A stretch of 44,139 nt of DNA. It comes from Bulleidia sp. (GTDB taxonomy: Bacteria; Bacillota; Clostridia; Oscillospirales; CAG-272). Below, one piece after another: positions 42,839-44,139 of this stretch. The notes beneath the pieces were generated by a model, which saw only the letters and a program-made list of their open reading frames with translations, was not told the origin of the DNA and did not search any database. The translations under genes and the position numbers were made by a program. Numbering within the stretch: the first letter of the stretch is position 1; every line of letters starts with the position of its first letter. The stretch lies in the NCBI GenBank assembly GCA_963640785.1, contig CAVIBA010000001.1:14527-58665 (forward strand), given 5' to 3'.

Positions 42839-44139
42839 TATCTCACTCGCTCGCCGAGCGGCGTGTCGTCAGCGAGGAAAACAACTCTGATCTGCTCCTC
42901 GCCCGACGCGAGTATCATGCCCTGCGACTCGATGCCACACAGCGTCGCCGGCTTCAGGTTGGCCACGACGATAACGCGGCGGCCGGTCAGCTGGTCGGGC
43001 GTGTAGAACTTGGCAATGCCCGAGACGACCTGTCTCTGCTCGTAGCCGAGGTCGATTTTGAGCTTTAACAGCTTTTTGGCCTTCGGAACTGGCTCTGCTC
43101 CAAGAATCTTTGCCGTGCGCAGCTCGACGTTCATAAAGTCGTCGATGCCGATAAGCGCGCAGCCCTCCGGCTTTTCGGGGACGGCGTTCGCCGCCTCCTC
43201 TGCCTTTGCGCGCGCCTCGGCCTCAGCCATGGCGGCGGCGCGCTCGGCCTCGAGCTCGGCGAGCATCTTTTTCTCGTCGACGCGGGCGAACAGCACACCA
43301 GAGTCGCCTATCTTGCCGCCGGACGCCAGCTTGCCGAAGTCACCGCGCGCGAACTCGTCAAACAGCAGGTATCCCGCGTTGAGACGGCCGATCTCGGCCG
43401 CGGTCGCTGCGAGAGCGGCAAGCTCGGGCGCGGAATTGAGCTCGGTCAGTATCTCGGCGGCCGTCTCGGGGATGAAGGGCGAGAGCAGAACCGCACCGAG
43501 GCGTATGGTCTCGAGCAGGTTGTAGAGCACAGTGCCGAGGCGGGCGCGCTGCGCCTCGTCCTTGGCGAGCGCCCAGGGGGTGGTCTCGTCTATATACTTG
43601 TTTGCGCGGCGAAGCATGGTGAATATGGCCTCGGTCGCGTCGGCGATGTGGAAGCTGTCCATGCAGGCGACGACCTGCTCAACCGCCGTCGCGCAGGCGG
43701 CCTTGAGCTCGTCGTCGAGCGCCCCGGGCGCGGACGGACGCTGAATCACGCCGTCGAAATACTTCTTCTGCATGTCCAGCGTGCGCTTGACGAGGTTGCC
43801 GAGGTTGTTTACAAGGTCGTTGTTGAAGCGGGTGATGACGGACTCGTAGGTAATGCTGCCGTCCGAGTTGTAGGGCATCTCGGAGAGGGCGTAATAGCGC
43901 ACGCCGTCAACCGTGAAGCGCTCGGCCAGCTTGTCCGCGTAAATGACGTTGCCCTTGGACTTTGACATCTTGTCCGCGCCGAAGTTGAACCACGGGTGGC
44001 CGAACACCTTCTCGGGCAGCGGCAGATCGAGCGCCATGAGGAAGATGGGCCAGTAGATGGTGTGGAAGCGCAGAATGTCCTTGCCGATGATGTGGACGTT
44101 CGCAGGCCAGTTCTTGCGGAAGAATTCGGACTGCTCCGC
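42838..44139 (-). CDS. metG: methionine--tRNA ligase, C-terminal ~433 aa (5' end outside window)
   Basis: The frame stays open to the window edge (..HIIGKDILRFHTIYWPIFLMALDLPLP..). It has the KMSKSKGN motif, an anticodon-binding helical domain and a C-terminal EMAP/Trbp111-like tRNA-binding domain (VVSGIAKFY..GRRVIVVANLKP). Confidence 0.93.
   Translation of the reverse strand, partial: AEQSEFFRKNWPANVHIIGKDILRFHTIYWPIFLMALDLPLPEKVFGHPWFNFGADKMSKSKGNVIYADKLAERFTVDGVRYYALSEMPYNSDGSITYESVITRFNNDLVNNLGNLVKRTLDMQKKYFDGVIQRPSAPGALDDELKAACATAVEQVVACMDSFHIADATEAIFTMLRRANKYIDETTPWALAKDEAQRARLGTVLYNLLETIRLGAVLLSPFIPETAAEILTELNSAPELAALAATAAEIGRLNAGYLLFDEFARGDFGKLASGGKIGDSGVLFARVDEKKMLAELEAERAAAMAEAEARAKAEEAANAVPEKPEGCALIGIDDFMNVELRTAKILGAEPVPKAKKLLKLKIDLGYEQRQVVSGIAKFYTPDQLTGRRVIVVANLKPATLCGIESQGMILASGEEQIRVVFLADDTPLGERVR

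Noticed and set aside
1-44139. Prophage, integrative element or defence island
   Set aside because: I recognised no integrase, recombinase, transposase, phage structural gene, toxin-antitoxin pair, restriction-modification gene or other defence-type gene. The gene content is housekeeping/sporulation with conserved Firmicute linkages such as metG-tatD.

Overview
GC-rich, strongly GC3-biased chromosomal segment that reads like core genome of a spore-forming Clostridia (Oscillospiraceae/Ruminococcaceae-like) organism. Most long antisense ORFs in the track are shadow ORFs of real genes. About 36 protein genes can be supported. They include ruvX, an EEP-family nuclease/phosphatase, a MarR-controlled heterodimeric ABC exporter operon, and spoIVB. 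There is a six-gene Opp-type ABC importer with unusually enlarged components, and an nrdG-nrdD-trxB-like anaerobic ribonucleotide reductase locus. Further genes are a cytoplasmic Cys-type sulfatase, cinA, a PflX-like radical SAM protein, a two-gene cassette with a degenerate ProA paralog, and an XRE-family membrane regulator. Also present are a SAM methyltransferase, a yerC-like gene, murC, spoVG, a YfcE-like phosphoesterase and a DagK-like lipid kinase. The rest are a three-gene low-complexity operon, an EF-G2-type paralog, tatD and a partial metG. I saw no rRNA, tRNA, CRISPR array, cas genes, integrase, transposase or recognisable defence genes. The best candidate for something new is the nrd locus. 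Its NrdD has a Cys-Cys thiyl loop and an in-frame C-terminal CPNC thioredoxin-fold domain. The gene after it is a TrxB homolog that has lost the NADPH-binding HRRxxxR motif, which suggests a self-contained and possibly NADPH-independent reductant chain. The second theme is non-coding. Two intergenic repeat families keep their hairpins through compensatory changes: a 120-bp periodic unit at 22.3 kb and 34.7-35.6 kb, and a palindromic element at 0.6, 8.0-8.4, 28.2 and 30.2 kb. A 411-bp foldback, MITE-like element with 52-bp terminal inverted repeats and an apparent 8-bp target duplication is inserted into one of the 120-bp units. All functional calls come from motif recognition by eye; no searches were run.
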